A stretch of 64,000 bases of DNA from IMG/VR virus record IMGVR_UViG_3300042972_000006, positions 38 to 64,037 of that record, one strand, 5' to 3'. A program made the position numbers and the translations under genes. The notes under the pieces are model-generated. The model saw only the letters and a list, made by a program, of their open reading frames with translations. It was not told where the DNA came from and ran no database searches. Shown in pieces: positions 26,847 through 35,789 of the stretch. Source of the DNA: a virus. Numbering within the stretch: position 1 is the first letter of the stretch; the number at the start of each line of letters is the position of its first letter.

Positions 26847-27920
26847 GTGACTGAAGAGTTGAACGCTGTAATGCAGCCGCTAACGCCAGCGGATTGCGAC
26901 GTCCGGTCGCTTCCGTTCATGGCCTTCGAGGTGGTTCGCTTTCTGGAGAGCGATCTCGTCGCGCTGGCCAGCGGGGACGAAGGATGGGCCGCAATCAAAC
27001 TCTGGTCGAAGAGCTGGCTCCAGGTTCCGGCCGGGTCGATGGCGGACGATGACCGCATCCTCTCCAAGGCGGCGGGGATTCCTCTCCGCGACTGGATGGC
27101 GATCCGTGATTTCGTTCTGAAGGGATGGCGATCAGGCGGGGACGGTCGCCTCTATCATCCTGTCGTCTCCGAGAAGGCTCTCGAAGCATGGATAGGCCGC
27201 CTGTCGCATCAGCGCCGGAGCGCGCTGGGCAATGCCTCGAAGTATGGTCACGACGTGACGTCAGAGGTTGCGGCTTTCGATGCGCGGATTCTCTCCTCGC
27301 TGGAGATGCTCAAGCACCTGAACGAGAAAGCCGCCAGCGACGCCGCCAAAGGCCTCCGTTTCCTACAAGGAGGAGAAGAGCCTCCTTCAAGGAGCAGTTC
27401 ACCTTCCCAAGGAAGGAGCAAAAACGGCTCCGAAGGGAAAGGGACAGGGAAAGGGAGAGGGACAGGGATTAAAGAATCTCCCCCTTCGGGGGTTGCGCGC
27501 TCCGGCAAGCCGGACCACGCCGAGCCCCCAGCGCCGCTCCCTGTCCCTTCGGCGCCGAAGACCGACGCCACGAAAGGGACGCGCCTCCCCGCCGGGTGGT
27601 TCGTGGATGCAAAGGGTCGGGCCTATGCTCGCGAGAAGGGCTTCACCGACGAGGACATCGACGACATGGAGGAAGCCTTCCGGTTGTGGTGGCCAGCTCA
27701 GCCGGGGGTGAAGGGTAGAAAAACGGATTGGTCTCTGACCTGGATGACGTGGGTCAGGGAAGAAAGGAAAAAGCGCCAAAATGGAAAATCAGCAACTCGC
27801 TCTGGCGGGCGGCCGGGTCAATCATTTGACCGTCTGCAAGCATTTCACACGGCGGACGTGGAAGGCCCTCACGGTGGACGCCGGAGGGATGGAGATCGCG
27901 GTCCGGGCGATTACGGATAA
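26847..27920 (+). CDS. Replication initiator (DUF1376/YdaU-like, lambda O analog)
   Basis: PLTPADCDVRSLPFMAFEVVRF...LWSKSWLQVPAGS...DGRLYHPVVSEKALEAW; GKGTG linker; C-terminal GTRLPAGW...DWSLTWMTW. Confidence 0.8.
   Translation: MTEELNAVMQPLTPADCDVRSLPFMAFEVVRFLESDLVALASGDEGWAAIKLWSKSWLQVPAGSMADDDRILSKAAGIPLRDWMAIRDFVLKGWRSGGDGRLYHPVVSEKALEAWIGRLSHQRRSALGNASKYGHDVTSEVAAFDARILSSLEMLKHLNEKAASDAAKGLRFLQGGEEPPSRSSSPSQGRSKNGSEGKGTGKGRGTGIKESPPSGVARSGKPDHAEPPAPLPVPSAPKTDATKGTRLPAGWFVDAKGRAYAREKGFTDEDIDDMEEAFRLWWPAQPGVKGRKTDWSLTWMTWVREERKKRQNGKSATRSGGRPGQSFDRLQAFHTADVEGPHGGRRRDGDRGPGDYG
27361..27470. repeat. Candidate replication origin: iteron-like repeats and AGGGAN tandem inside the initiator gene
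   Basis: TCCTACAAGGA (27361), TCCTTCAAGGA (27383), TTCCCAAGGA (27404), then six GGG tracts with 3-nt spacers (27435-27467). Confidence 0.5.
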
Positions 27921-28512
27921 CCCCGACCTCCTCGACGAGGTGAAGGCCCAGCTCCCCGCCCTCGAAAAGGCGGCGGAACCTGCCGGGGCGGACTTCGTGA
28001 ACACCCTTCTGACCGAGGTCGGGGTCATCTGCGGCGTCCCGTGGGACGATCCCCGAACCATGGCGCTCGCCAAGAGCGAGTATATCGCCATTCTGGGCGA
28101 ACTGCCCCGAGAGGCCCTCCGCCAAGGCGTCGATGCGTTCAAGCGGTCCGACCTGTCCAACTATGGATTTCCGAAGCCTGCCCGCCTTCTGACCTTCGCG
28201 GATCCCTTCGCGTCAGAGATCAGGATCGCCCTCGGGCGCGCCAGGGCGGCGGCGAAGCGCGAGGCTACTGGAGCCCGTAAAGTCTCGCCGGAGGATCGCA
28301 AGGCCGAGATCGAACGCCTGAAGGCCGAGGGCGTCCTCGATGCGAACGGGAAGGTCATCTTGAACTTCAAGACGCCTCCCCCTCCTCCTCCCCCGGCTGA
28401 GAATGCAGCGGCGGCCAAGGAGCGCGCCAAGGCCATTATGACCGGGGACGATCCCCATCTTCAGCGCCTCAAGGATGCGCCGATCCGCCGAGGAGCGAAC
28501 GAGTTCGAATGA
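27781..28512 (+). CDS. Putative helicase loader / replication partner (lambda P analog)
   Basis: Overlaps the initiator 3' end; YIAILGELPREAL...FPKPA motif. Confidence 0.6.
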   Translation: MENQQLALAGGRVNHLTVCKHFTRRTWKALTVDAGGMEIAVRAITDNPDLLDEVKAQLPALEKAAEPAGADFVNTLLTEVGVICGVPWDDPRTMALAKSEYIAILGELPREALRQGVDAFKRSDLSNYGFPKPARLLTFADPFASEIRIALGRARAAAKREATGARKVSPEDRKAEIERLKAEGVLDANGKVILNFKTPPPPPPPAENAAAAKERAKAIMTGDDPHLQRLKDAPIRRGANEFE

Positions 28513-29228
28513 GCATCGGCAAACATCAAAGCTCGCGGTCGAAGTCCGTCGTATGGCTGACGCCACCGGAGATCGTGACGGCGCTCGGGGACTTCGATCT
28601 CGACCCGTGCGCGGCTCCGCCTCCGCGCCCATGGGATACCGCGCGCGAACACATTGCGCTTCCGCGCAACGGACTTGCGGAGGAATGGTCAGGCCGAGTT
28701 TGGATGAATCCTCCCTACGGAACGCGCCCGGTCATCGCGCCGTGGATGCGCCGGATCGCGGCTCACGGAGTCGGAACGGCTCTGATCTTCGCCCGGACGG
28801 AGACCGAGGTGTTCTTTGAAACGGTTTGGAATGCGGCTACCGCCCTCCTCTTCATTGAGGGACGACTTCACTTCCACCACCCGGACGGGCGGCGCGCCGA
28901 GGAAAACGGAGGAGCCCCGTCGGTTCTGATCGCTTATGGCCTCCATGACGCGGAGGCGCTGGCGGAGAGTGGCGTCGCTGGAGCGTTTGTCCCGCTTCGT
29001 CTCCCAAGGGTCTATGCCGTGGCCGTGCTGTCGCGTAGCTGGCGCGAGGCAGTTATCGAATGGGCGAAGACCCATGAGGGGCCGATCCTCGTCTCAGACC
29101 TCTACCGGGCCTTTTCAGGGCACCCCAAGGCCAGGCGCAACCCGAACTGGAAGGCGAAGCTGAGACAGACGCTCCAGAGGTGCGGATTCGAGCGCGTTGG
29201 TCCGGAGCAATGGGTTCTCCCCCTGTGA
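28509..29228 (+). CDS. Phage N6-adenine DNA methyltransferase (phage Dam-like)
   Basis: WLTPPEIV...FDLDPCA...NGL...WSGRVWMNPPY...ARTET...GRLHF. Confidence 0.9.
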   Translation: MSIGKHQSSRSKSVVWLTPPEIVTALGDFDLDPCAAPPPRPWDTAREHIALPRNGLAEEWSGRVWMNPPYGTRPVIAPWMRRIAAHGVGTALIFARTETEVFFETVWNAATALLFIEGRLHFHHPDGRRAEENGGAPSVLIAYGLHDAEALAESGVAGAFVPLRLPRVYAVAVLSRSWREAVIEWAKTHEGPILVSDLYRAFSGHPKARRNPNWKAKLRQTLQRCGFERVGPEQWVLPL

Positions 29229-29596
29229 CGAACCGATGCGCCTGTTCGGACTGCGGAAAGCCCTGCGGCGGCCGCCCCTTCTGTTCGCGCTGCATCCGAG
29301 AGCTGACCGAAGATGAGTTCTGGGGACTTCGCATGGCCGCCAGCTCGCCCATGCATCAGGCCGGAAAGAAGGGCGTCGCCGGCTGGGGCGACCGCATTGA
29401 CGGGTCGGAGGTCATGGAGACGTGGCCGAGCGGCCCCGGCGGAGAGGTCCAGGTCGTTCGGGGCGTCGCCAGTTGCTCGGATGCGCTCGCATGGGCTGAA
29501 TACCGGGCCGCTCTCAAGGCGACGGCCGACGCGGTTGTCCGGCGCCGATGGAGCGGCGCGGCCCGGCGCAATGCAAGAGCGATCCTGAAGCGATGA
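29225..29596 (+). CDS. Zinc-finger hypothetical protein
   Basis: CACSDC...FCSRC; GTGA/ATGA overlaps. Confidence 0.6.
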   Translation: MTNRCACSDCGKPCGGRPFCSRCIRELTEDEFWGLRMAASSPMHQAGKKGVAGWGDRIDGSEVMETWPSGPGGEVQVVRGVASCSDALAWAEYRAALKATADAVVRRRWSGAARRNARAILKR

Positions 29597-30348
29597 TTTT
29601 CTTCCCCGGGATCCCTGAACCGGCGTGGGCTCATCGGTTCGATTTGGCGTTCATCTCCGTCGCCCGTCTTCGCCGTCGCCGCGGAGCATTCGTCCCGCCT
29701 CGCCTCGGCTGGGCCATGGACAGCGCTGCGTTTTCGGAAGTGGAAGGTCACGGTGGATATCGCCACTCTCCCGAGACCTTCGCAGCCGAAGCGGCGGATT
29801 GGACCGCCCGGGTTCCTGGATGCATGTTCGTGGCCAGCCAAGACTTCATGTGCGAGCCGTTCGTCTTGAAGAAGACAGGGGCAACGGTCGAAGATCATCA
29901 GCGGCTCACGATAGAGCGGTTCGATGCGATCCGGGCGGCGTGGCGATCGTCGACGCCCCTTCTTCCGGTTCTTCAGGGCTTCCACATTCCGGAATATATC
30001 GCGCACATTGACGCCTATGGAGATCGCATCCCTGAACGGGCGTGGGTCGGGGTCGGCTCGGTCTGCAAGCGTCAGGGCCGCGTCTCTATGGTCGAAGACC
30101 TCCTCGGCGCCATCCATCATCGACGCCCTGATCTTCGGCTTCATGGATTCGGCGTGAAGATCACCGCCCTTCGCAGCAAGTTCGTTCGCGAACACCTGGA
30201 GAGCGCCGATTCGATGGCTTGGAGCTACGCGGCGAGGAAGCAGGGCCGAAATCCGAACGACTGGCGTGAAGCGGCGGCCTTCGTGGAGAAGGTGGCGCTG
30301 GGGCCGATGGAACAGGATCAGGAAAGCTTATTCGGATGGCTTCGATGA
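29593..30348 (+). CDS. dpdA: tRNA-guanine transglycosylase-fold protein, DpdA-like (7-deazaguanine DNA insertion)
   Basis: MDSAAFS, QDFMCE, PVLQG, VGVGSVCKR, LHGFGVK, SADSMAW: TGT/DpdA barrel motifs; lies among DNA MTases. Confidence 0.75.
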   Translation: MIFFPGIPEPAWAHRFDLAFISVARLRRRRGAFVPPRLGWAMDSAAFSEVEGHGGYRHSPETFAAEAADWTARVPGCMFVASQDFMCEPFVLKKTGATVEDHQRLTIERFDAIRAAWRSSTPLLPVLQGFHIPEYIAHIDAYGDRIPERAWVGVGSVCKRQGRVSMVEDLLGAIHHRRPDLRLHGFGVKITALRSKFVREHLESADSMAWSYAARKQGRNPNDWREAAAFVEKVALGPMEQDQESLFGWLR

Positions 30349-30536
30349 TGCAGCTCGACCTTGCCCTTTCGGCTCCCCCCATCCCCCGGTGCGGGTTGTG
30401 CGTCCACCGGAACGGGAGCGATGGCGATGAGATCGCGCCATGCTCTCCCATGGGAGAGCGTCACCGCGACGCCATGCCCTGCCCATGGGCTTTCGGGAAG
30501 ACGGAGCTGAAGCTCGCCACGGCGAGGCGGCCATGA
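30345..30536 (+). CDS. Small Cys-rich protein
   Basis: CGLCVH...C...CPW; ATGA overlaps. Confidence 0.5.
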   Translation: MMQLDLALSAPPIPRCGLCVHRNGSDGDEIAPCSPMGERHRDAMPCPWAFGKTELKLATARRP

Positions 30537-30745
30537 GCCGAGCCAAGGGCTGCAAGGCCTGTCTCTTCGCCGGGATGGAGCCGGTCAGAGAGTGGGATGT
30601 CCATGGCCCGATGCGGTGGACGTGCGCCGTGTGGGGTCGGCCGAGGTGGCCCAGGTGCGAGGGCTGGACAGAGGACCGACGAGAAGGCTCTCCTCCGACG
30701 AGGACAGAGATAGAGGAGGCGCGCAGCCGTGGCCCGAAGCCCTAA
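30533..30745 (+). CDS. Small Cys-rich protein
   Basis: GAGG RBS; CKAC...C...CEGW. Confidence 0.55.
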   Translation: MSRAKGCKACLFAGMEPVREWDVHGPMRWTCAVWGRPRWPRCEGWTEDRREGSPPTRTEIEEARSRGPKP

Positions 30746-31397
30746 GGTTTATCCCCCGCGTGACAGGGGGCCGAACTACGGAAGCCCGGAAAAGCACAAT
30801 GCCGATCAGGCGGTCCTTCGGGAGCGCTGGGGGTGGGAACCGGCCCGGCCGTGCGACTGCGGGTATTGGGCGCCGTCGGAACACGTCTGTCATTGCCGCG
30901 ATGATCGGGAACGAGCGCAATGGCGCGCCACCCATCAAAAGAAGCTGGCCGAATATTATCGCGGGCTCCGGGAGCAAGAGGCCCGGGATCGGCGTCGATG
31001 GCCTGGAAAGGAACCTCATGCCGGAGCGCCCAAGGGGCATTGCCGGTGGTGCGGAGAGCCGATCATGAGGCCCGACGGGGTTCGCATGAACCTTCGGAAG
31101 ACCCGTCATGATGCTTGCCTGATGCAATATCTTGTCCGCATCCAGCCGGGGACCATGCGGTTCTTCGTCTTCAAGAGGGATGGGGGCCGGTGCGCCGAGT
31201 GTGGCCGCGTCCATGCTTGGAACGGGCCATGGGAGGCCGATCATATCCTTCAGCTCGCCCTTGCGAACGGAGACCCCGAACGATGGGCGCCGGAGAACGT
31301 CCGCATCCTGTGTGTCGATCCATGCCACAAGGCGAAGAGCAAAGCCGACGCGGCCGAGCGCGCGGCTCATAGGAAGGCGATGTCCGATGAGGATTGA
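30729..31397 (+). CDS. HNH endonuclease
   Basis: CRWCG...VFKRDGGRCAECG...WEADHI...ENVRILC..CHKAK. Confidence 0.85.
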   Translation: MARSPKVYPPRDRGPNYGSPEKHNADQAVLRERWGWEPARPCDCGYWAPSEHVCHCRDDRERAQWRATHQKKLAEYYRGLREQEARDRRRWPGKEPHAGAPKGHCRWCGEPIMRPDGVRMNLRKTRHDACLMQYLVRIQPGTMRFFVFKRDGGRCAECGRVHAWNGPWEADHILQLALANGDPERWAPENVRILCVDPCHKAKSKADAAERAAHRKAMSDED

Positions 31398-31788
31398 GGG
31401 ACCGCTGTCGATCCGCCATGTCGCGCCGGACAGCCTGACGCCGGGACCGGAGCGCCACGACGAGGAGATGATCGAAAATCTCCGGGCGAAGGTGCGACGC
31501 CTCGGCGTCTATCGGCCGATCCTCCTCCGTGGGGACGACAGCATCGGCGCCGGTCGCGGCTTGTGGGAGGCGGCGTCGCGCGAAGGGCTGGCCACGGTCC
31601 CCACAATCACCCTGAAGGGTCTGAGCGACGCGGATTGGGCGCGGCTGGCCAAGGCGGAGGACAAGGCGGCCGAGGCGGGCCTCTGGCGGGGTCTCCGCAT
31701 GGATTTGGCGGTCAGCCAGATCGGAGACCTTCAGGCCGACGCGGTGACGATCCAGCCGTCCAGCATCGCCCCGCTGTTCCGCGCATAG
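31387..31788 (+). CDS. Degenerate ParB/Srx N-terminal-domain protein
   Basis: HDEEMIENLRAKVRRLGVYRPILL...IGAGRGLWEAA..GLATVPTI; the usual GHGR motif reads GRGL. Confidence 0.7.
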   Translation: MRIEGPLSIRHVAPDSLTPGPERHDEEMIENLRAKVRRLGVYRPILLRGDDSIGAGRGLWEAASREGLATVPTITLKGLSDADWARLAKAEDKAAEAGLWRGLRMDLAVSQIGDLQADAVTIQPSSIAPLFRA

Positions 31789-31819
31789 AAAAGGCCCCCG
31801 GAGATGAGTCCGGGGGCCT
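31789..31819 (-). terminator. Terminator at the convergence of the replication arm and accessory arm
   Basis: Perfect 11-bp stem AGGCCCCCGGA/TCCGGGGGCCT with an A-tract on its left (U-tract on the minus strand). Confidence 0.8.
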
Positions 31820-31913
31820 AGCGGGCCTCGCTTCGTTGGATTCTCATAATCTCCGCGAGGGTCTCCCCGGTCGCTCCTCCCGGCCCGCATTTGCAGTTCA
31901 GGTATTCGGCCGG

Positions 31914-32309
31914 TCAGGCCGAAGCTTTCTTCGGTTCCACCTCCTTGAAATAGAAGTTCACGAAGCGCTGATCCGCGACGTATCCGGGCTTGCCGTTGAG
32001 GCTGATTTCCCAACGCTTCGTTTTGGCCCTTGAGCGATAGCCGATCAGGCGCGCCTCGCCCTGAGGCGTTTGGGCCACGCGATCAATGTCGAGGCCGAAG
32101 ACGCTCGCCATGGAGACGAGGAGCGAACGGTCTTGCTCAGCGGCGATGGCCTCGACCTTGCCGGTCATCTGAGCGCGGAACTCGCCAGCGCTGAAGCCGA
32201 TGCGGCCAATCTCCAGCGTGATCCCATGCTTCTCAGCGATAACCGCAAGAGCGGCGTCCAGATCGGCGCGAAGGGTCTTCAGGTTCGACGAATCGAAGGC
32301 GGTAATCAT
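31914..32309 (-). CDS. Hypothetical protein with its own promoter
   Basis: MITAFDSSNLKTLRADLDAAL; promoter motif upstream. Confidence 0.75.
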   Translation of the reverse strand: MITAFDSSNLKTLRADLDAALAVIAEKHGITLEIGRIGFSAGEFRAQMTGKVEAIAAEQDRSLLVSMASVFGLDIDRVAQTPQGEARLIGYRSRAKTKRWEISLNGKPGYVADQRFVNFYFKEVEPKKASA

Positions 32310-32357
32310 GGGTCTGTCTCTTCTGTTCGTGGGCCGTGTGGTGCTGCCCGATGTCGG

Positions 32358-32387
32358 GAATATTCCCCATTCTGACGCGGCCGTCAA
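32358..32387 (-). promoter_or_regulatory. Sigma70-type promoter with a palindrome over the -10 region
   Basis: TTGACG-N16-GAATATTC; perfect palindrome GGGAATATTCCC at 32356-32367. Confidence 0.65.
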
Positions 32388-32749
32388 CTCCCCCGGTTGC
32401 GAACCCACCGATCCGCATCTCTCTCGCGATCTTCGCTGGCCAGCGGAACGGGGACGTTCAGACATTCCCGAACCTCCCTCTCATTGAGATCGCTGGCGAG
32501 ATGCCAATGTCGCCACGGGAGGGAGGAGACGGTTCGCGGCGGCTGGGCCTTCAGCAGATCGACGGCCTCGGCCCTCGTCGCTGTCCTCACGACGGCGAGG
32601 TCCATTCTCCCGTTGAGGTGCGATCGTCGACCGACCCAATAGATTTCCACCGGACGACCGGGAAAGGGATGATCGCAATAACCAATCCGGCCCCGCTCCT
32701 TGAAGACCTGGCGACAGGCTGGGCAATGCTTCCGAAGGGGCGTCGTCAT
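32384..32749 (-). CDS. Hypothetical protein (CPAC motif)
   Basis: ATGA overlap; 121 aa. Confidence 0.6.
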   Translation of the reverse strand: MTTPLRKHCPACRQVFKERGRIGYCDHPFPGRPVEIYWVGRRSHLNGRMDLAVVRTATRAEAVDLLKAQPPRTVSSLPWRHWHLASDLNEREVRECLNVPVPLASEDRERDADRWVRNRGS

Positions 32750-32946
32750 GGCTTTTCGATCCGATAGCCGAGGGCGAGAAGCGTCCCGACGGCGTTGTTC
32801 ATGGAGTTGAGGCGACGCTCGCGGAAATAGGGATCGCCGTCGGCCATCACCCACGCGCCGGGCGACTTGCAGACCGAGGACTCGGCGCCGTCATGGGCGC
32901 GGTCCATGGTCTCCAGCACGTCAGGGGGAAGGTGGAAGCGGCTCAT
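32746..32946 (-). CDS. Hypothetical protein
   Basis: 66 aa; GGAG RBS. Confidence 0.6.
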   Translation of the reverse strand: MSRFHLPPDVLETMDRAHDGAESSVCKSPGAWVMADGDPYFRERRLNSMNNAVGTLLALGYRIEKP

Positions 32947-32948
32947 GA

Positions 32949-33215
32949 TCAGTTCTCCGAGGGAGAGGGAAGGGAAATCGTATCGACGACTTTCGCCGCG
33001 CCCATGTCGATAGGTTGATGATGGTCGAAGGCGCTCAGGTGATACCCCTGCCGCGCCATGTCGTAAGAGATGCGAAGCTCCATGTCGGGATGAAGGTTCG
33101 CGATCTCGTTCTCGTTGATGAAGACGTGTCCTCCCTGTCGGATAAGGAGGGCGATGAGGATATGCGGCTCAATGCTGACGCGAGAACTCACGTTCGGAAT
33201 CTCCTTTTGGGCCAT
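32949..33215 (-). CDS. Hypothetical protein
   Basis: MAQKEIPNV start; 88 aa. Confidence 0.6.
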   Translation of the reverse strand: MAQKEIPNVSSRVSIEPHILIALLIRQGGHVFINENEIANLHPDMELRISYDMARQGYHLSAFDHHQPIDMGAAKVVDTISLPSPSEN

Positions 33216-33589
33216 CTGGTCTTGCCGGAGACGAAGCCCCGGCTGGGGATCGGCGCGGACTTTCCTTTCTGGAAGCCCTGACCGGGGATCGGTTTCTTCT
33301 TTCGGGTCTCGACGCCTTCGGCCTTCAGCCGGCGACGGCGCGCCTTGGCGATGTCCCCCTGATCGGCGGCCGTCTTCTCCAGGTCGCAAGGGTCGCGGTG
33401 GATGGGGAAGATATTCTCGTCCCGGTCATCGAAGCTGATCTCGAAGGGGATGCGGTGGTCATAGCGCACCACGGCCCCACCTCGCATAGGGACGGGCTGA
33501 TCGCACCACCAACAGATTCCGCGCTCGCGCTCCCATATCCGCCGCATCCGGGCCGGGGTCATGGAGCCGCGCTTCGGGGGCGTGGTCAT
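33188..33589 (-). CDS. HNH endonuclease
   Basis: GICWWC...YDHRIP...ENIFPIH..C..KT..D...IAKARR; basic tail. Confidence 0.8.
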   Translation of the reverse strand: MTTPPKRGSMTPARMRRIWERERGICWWCDQPVPMRGGAVVRYDHRIPFEISFDDRDENIFPIHRDPCDLEKTAADQGDIAKARRRRLKAEGVETRKKKPIPGQGFQKGKSAPIPSRGFVSGKTRWPKRRFRT

Positions 33590-34014
33590 TCGTCATCGGC
33601 TCGGCACATGGCCAGAGCTGGCGAGTGTGGATCGACGCCGTTGGTCTCGGCCATGACGCGATAGCTGTCGAAGAGGACCGCCCCGCCTTCTGAGACCTGG
33701 CGGGGATCGCAGTCGCCCCGGACAATGGCCATCCTGACGCCGAGGTTGTGGACGGAGTTCCTGAGGAGGAAGCCAGCGCACACGGCGGGCTTTTCGGATC
33801 CGCTCATGTGGCAAGCGAACGTCGAGAAGGAGCCGTCCCGGGCCGTGTCCGCGCTATGTTCGAAGGCCTCGGGTGGGAAACTCCCGGTGTTCTCGACGCG
33901 CCACGGACATTCCGCGCATGGCTGGCGCCGATAGACGAAGCTTCCGCCCTCGACCGTGTGAACGGCATGGTCTCCCCCGGCGCCCCGGGTGCGCGTGATC
34001 GTCGCCTTGGTCAT
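33586..34014 (-). CDS. Cys/His metal-binding protein (DUF6283-like)
   Basis: PCAECPWR...FACH...CAGFL. Confidence 0.75.
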   Translation of the reverse strand: MTKATITRTRGAGGDHAVHTVEGGSFVYRRQPCAECPWRVENTGSFPPEAFEHSADTARDGSFSTFACHMSGSEKPAVCAGFLLRNSVHNLGVRMAIVRGDCDPRQVSEGGAVLFDSYRVMAETNGVDPHSPALAMCRADDE

Positions 34015-34424
34015 CGCCGGTCGCCCATGCATAGCGCCACGACGCGCCGGGCCGTCCGGGCGTCCATCATCTTGAAGTGGGTCGCGGACAGATCGAGCCC
34101 CAGCTCTCCCGCAAGCCATGTGTGGGCCGCCAGCCGGGCCTTCCCCTTGGACACGCGGTCGCGGTTCATCTTCCGCTGGATCAGCGCCCCGAGGGCCTCC
34201 TCAGCTTGCTTGCGCGCGCGCCGGGTGTGTGGCCCGGCCGGATAGCCCTCCGGCTCCTCCGTCCCCCGGTGGACGCCGATCCAGGCGCCGCATTCGCAGC
34301 GATAGACCTGAGCGTCCCAAAACTCCGGCCGGTCGGGCCAGACGGCGCGGCCTGTGGTTAGAACCGCGAGCTTTCCGTCCTCAATGCAGATCGGTTCGAC
34401 TTGCTGGATGGGGAGGCGGCTCAT
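34011..34424 (-). CDS. Zinc-finger protein (DUF3268-like)
   Basis: YRCECGAWIGVHRGT...RRARKQA...HTWLAGELGL...THF. Confidence 0.75.
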   Translation of the reverse strand: MSRLPIQQVEPICIEDGKLAVLTTGRAVWPDRPEFWDAQVYRCECGAWIGVHRGTEEPEGYPAGPHTRRARKQAEEALGALIQRKMNRDRVSKGKARLAAHTWLAGELGLDLSATHFKMMDARTARRVVALCMGDRR

Positions 34425-34621
34425 CCCTCTTTCCTCCCCATGGCGGCGCGCACCTCATACCCGAGGTCGGTCGGGTCGAAATGCTGATCCATGAGCCCGG
34501 CGTCCATGAGGCGATGCCAGGTGGCGGAGCTGAAGGAGCCGCTCCCGGGGCGGGACATGAGCCCCTTCAGGTCGGCGGGCTTCAGCGCCTCGCCTATCTC
34601 GCGCGGTGTCTTGGCCATCAT
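34421..34621 (-). CDS. Hypothetical protein
   Basis: 66 aa; possible winged-helix fragment (LMDAGLMD...TDLG). Confidence 0.6.
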   Translation of the reverse strand: MMAKTPREIGEALKPADLKGLMSRPGSGSFSSATWHRLMDAGLMDQHFDPTDLGYEVRAAMGRKEG

Positions 34622-35004
34622 TGCCCCCTCACATAGGGGACATCGTTCCTGATCCAGAGGCCATCGGCGCGCCGCTCATAGAGATACTGACGGTCCGCAT
34701 CGACATGGTAGCGAGCGCCGTCCTCGCGCTCGTCCTCCTCATGCTTCGAGATCACATAGGCCCCGGCATCGTTCGACTGGATGCGAACGGTCCCGTAGGC
34801 CGAACCCATGCAGGCGGAGAGAAACTCCTCCTCAGATGATCCCTTGAAGGTGGTCCCGGCGAAGCCGCCGTATCCTCCCGGGAAATATTCCTTCAGCTCG
34901 CGAGCATCCACGTTCAGGCATTCCCCGGGCTTCATGCGCTCGACGATGTTCAGGAACTCGCGGCGGTAGTGCTGGCGCCGATCTTCATAGGCATGACGGC
35001 TCAT
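34618..35004 (-). CDS. Hypothetical protein
   Basis: 128 aa; ATGA overlaps. Confidence 0.65.
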   Translation of the reverse strand: MSRHAYEDRRQHYRREFLNIVERMKPGECLNVDARELKEYFPGGYGGFAGTTFKGSSEEEFLSACMGSAYGTVRIQSNDAGAYVISKHEEDEREDGARYHVDADRQYLYERRADGLWIRNDVPYVRGQ

Positions 35005-35789
35005 CGCTTCGCCCCCTGTTCGGCTTGCAGGGCGGCGAGGGCCGGGACCAGGGTATTGATGGCGTCTCGAAGCTTCGTGTCGAGTGAAGCAATAGGTTTG
35101 CCCGCCACCGACAGCGCGGACAAAGCCGAAAGAATATCCTCAGACGCACCCACAAGTCCCCGCAGCTTGTCGGCGCTCGGGGCGGCAAATAAACCAGCAA
35201 CGATCTTTTCAGCCTCAAGCGCAGCCTGCTTGGTTCCGACTTCCAGTGCCCTGTGTCCGCCGTCGCCGTGAATGACTGCCAGCAGGTTTCCTAGCGCTTC
35301 CGGCGCAGACGAACGGGCGCGGAGGGCGGCGTGGTAGAAGGCGTCGAACGCGATTTGCTTCTTGACGCTGTAGTCGGCCACGTCGCGGTTTCGGTGACGG
35401 TATGTCGCCCACCACGCTTCAAACTCGGCCGGATAGTCTCGCTCCCCCGCCTCTGCCGGGGCGTCCTCGCGGGTGGCGAGGGCGGCGTTCAGTTCTCGCA
35501 GAAAGGCGTCCCATTCGATCAGCGATCCGACAGACCGACCGACGGCCATGCGCTCAATGTGAGACGCCAACGCGGGGAACTTCTCGAATGCCTGAGGCTC
35601 GGTCAGAACCATCGTGTAGTCGCCCGGCCCCTTCACCGCCCCGCCTTCCGGCGCGGGGGAGCGGAGATGCTTGGCGGCCTCCCGCATAGTTTTCGCCGCC
35701 CCTTCGGAGCCCCCCACGAATGCCTCTTCACAGTCGGCCAGACGGTCGAGTTCATCGGCCAGAGATTTCCGGTCTGCCCTATCCGTCAT
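35001..35789 (-). CDS. Mosaic modular accessory protein
   Basis: Short domains joined by linkers such as ALATREDAPAEAGE, ALRARSSAPEA, APSADKLR. Confidence 0.65.
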   Translation of the reverse strand: MTDRADRKSLADELDRLADCEEAFVGGSEGAAKTMREAAKHLRSPAPEGGAVKGPGDYTMVLTEPQAFEKFPALASHIERMAVGRSVGSLIEWDAFLRELNAALATREDAPAEAGERDYPAEFEAWWATYRHRNRDVADYSVKKQIAFDAFYHAALRARSSAPEALGNLLAVIHGDGGHRALEVGTKQAALEAEKIVAGLFAAPSADKLRGLVGASEDILSALSALSVAGKPIASLDTKLRDAINTLVPALAALQAEQGAKR

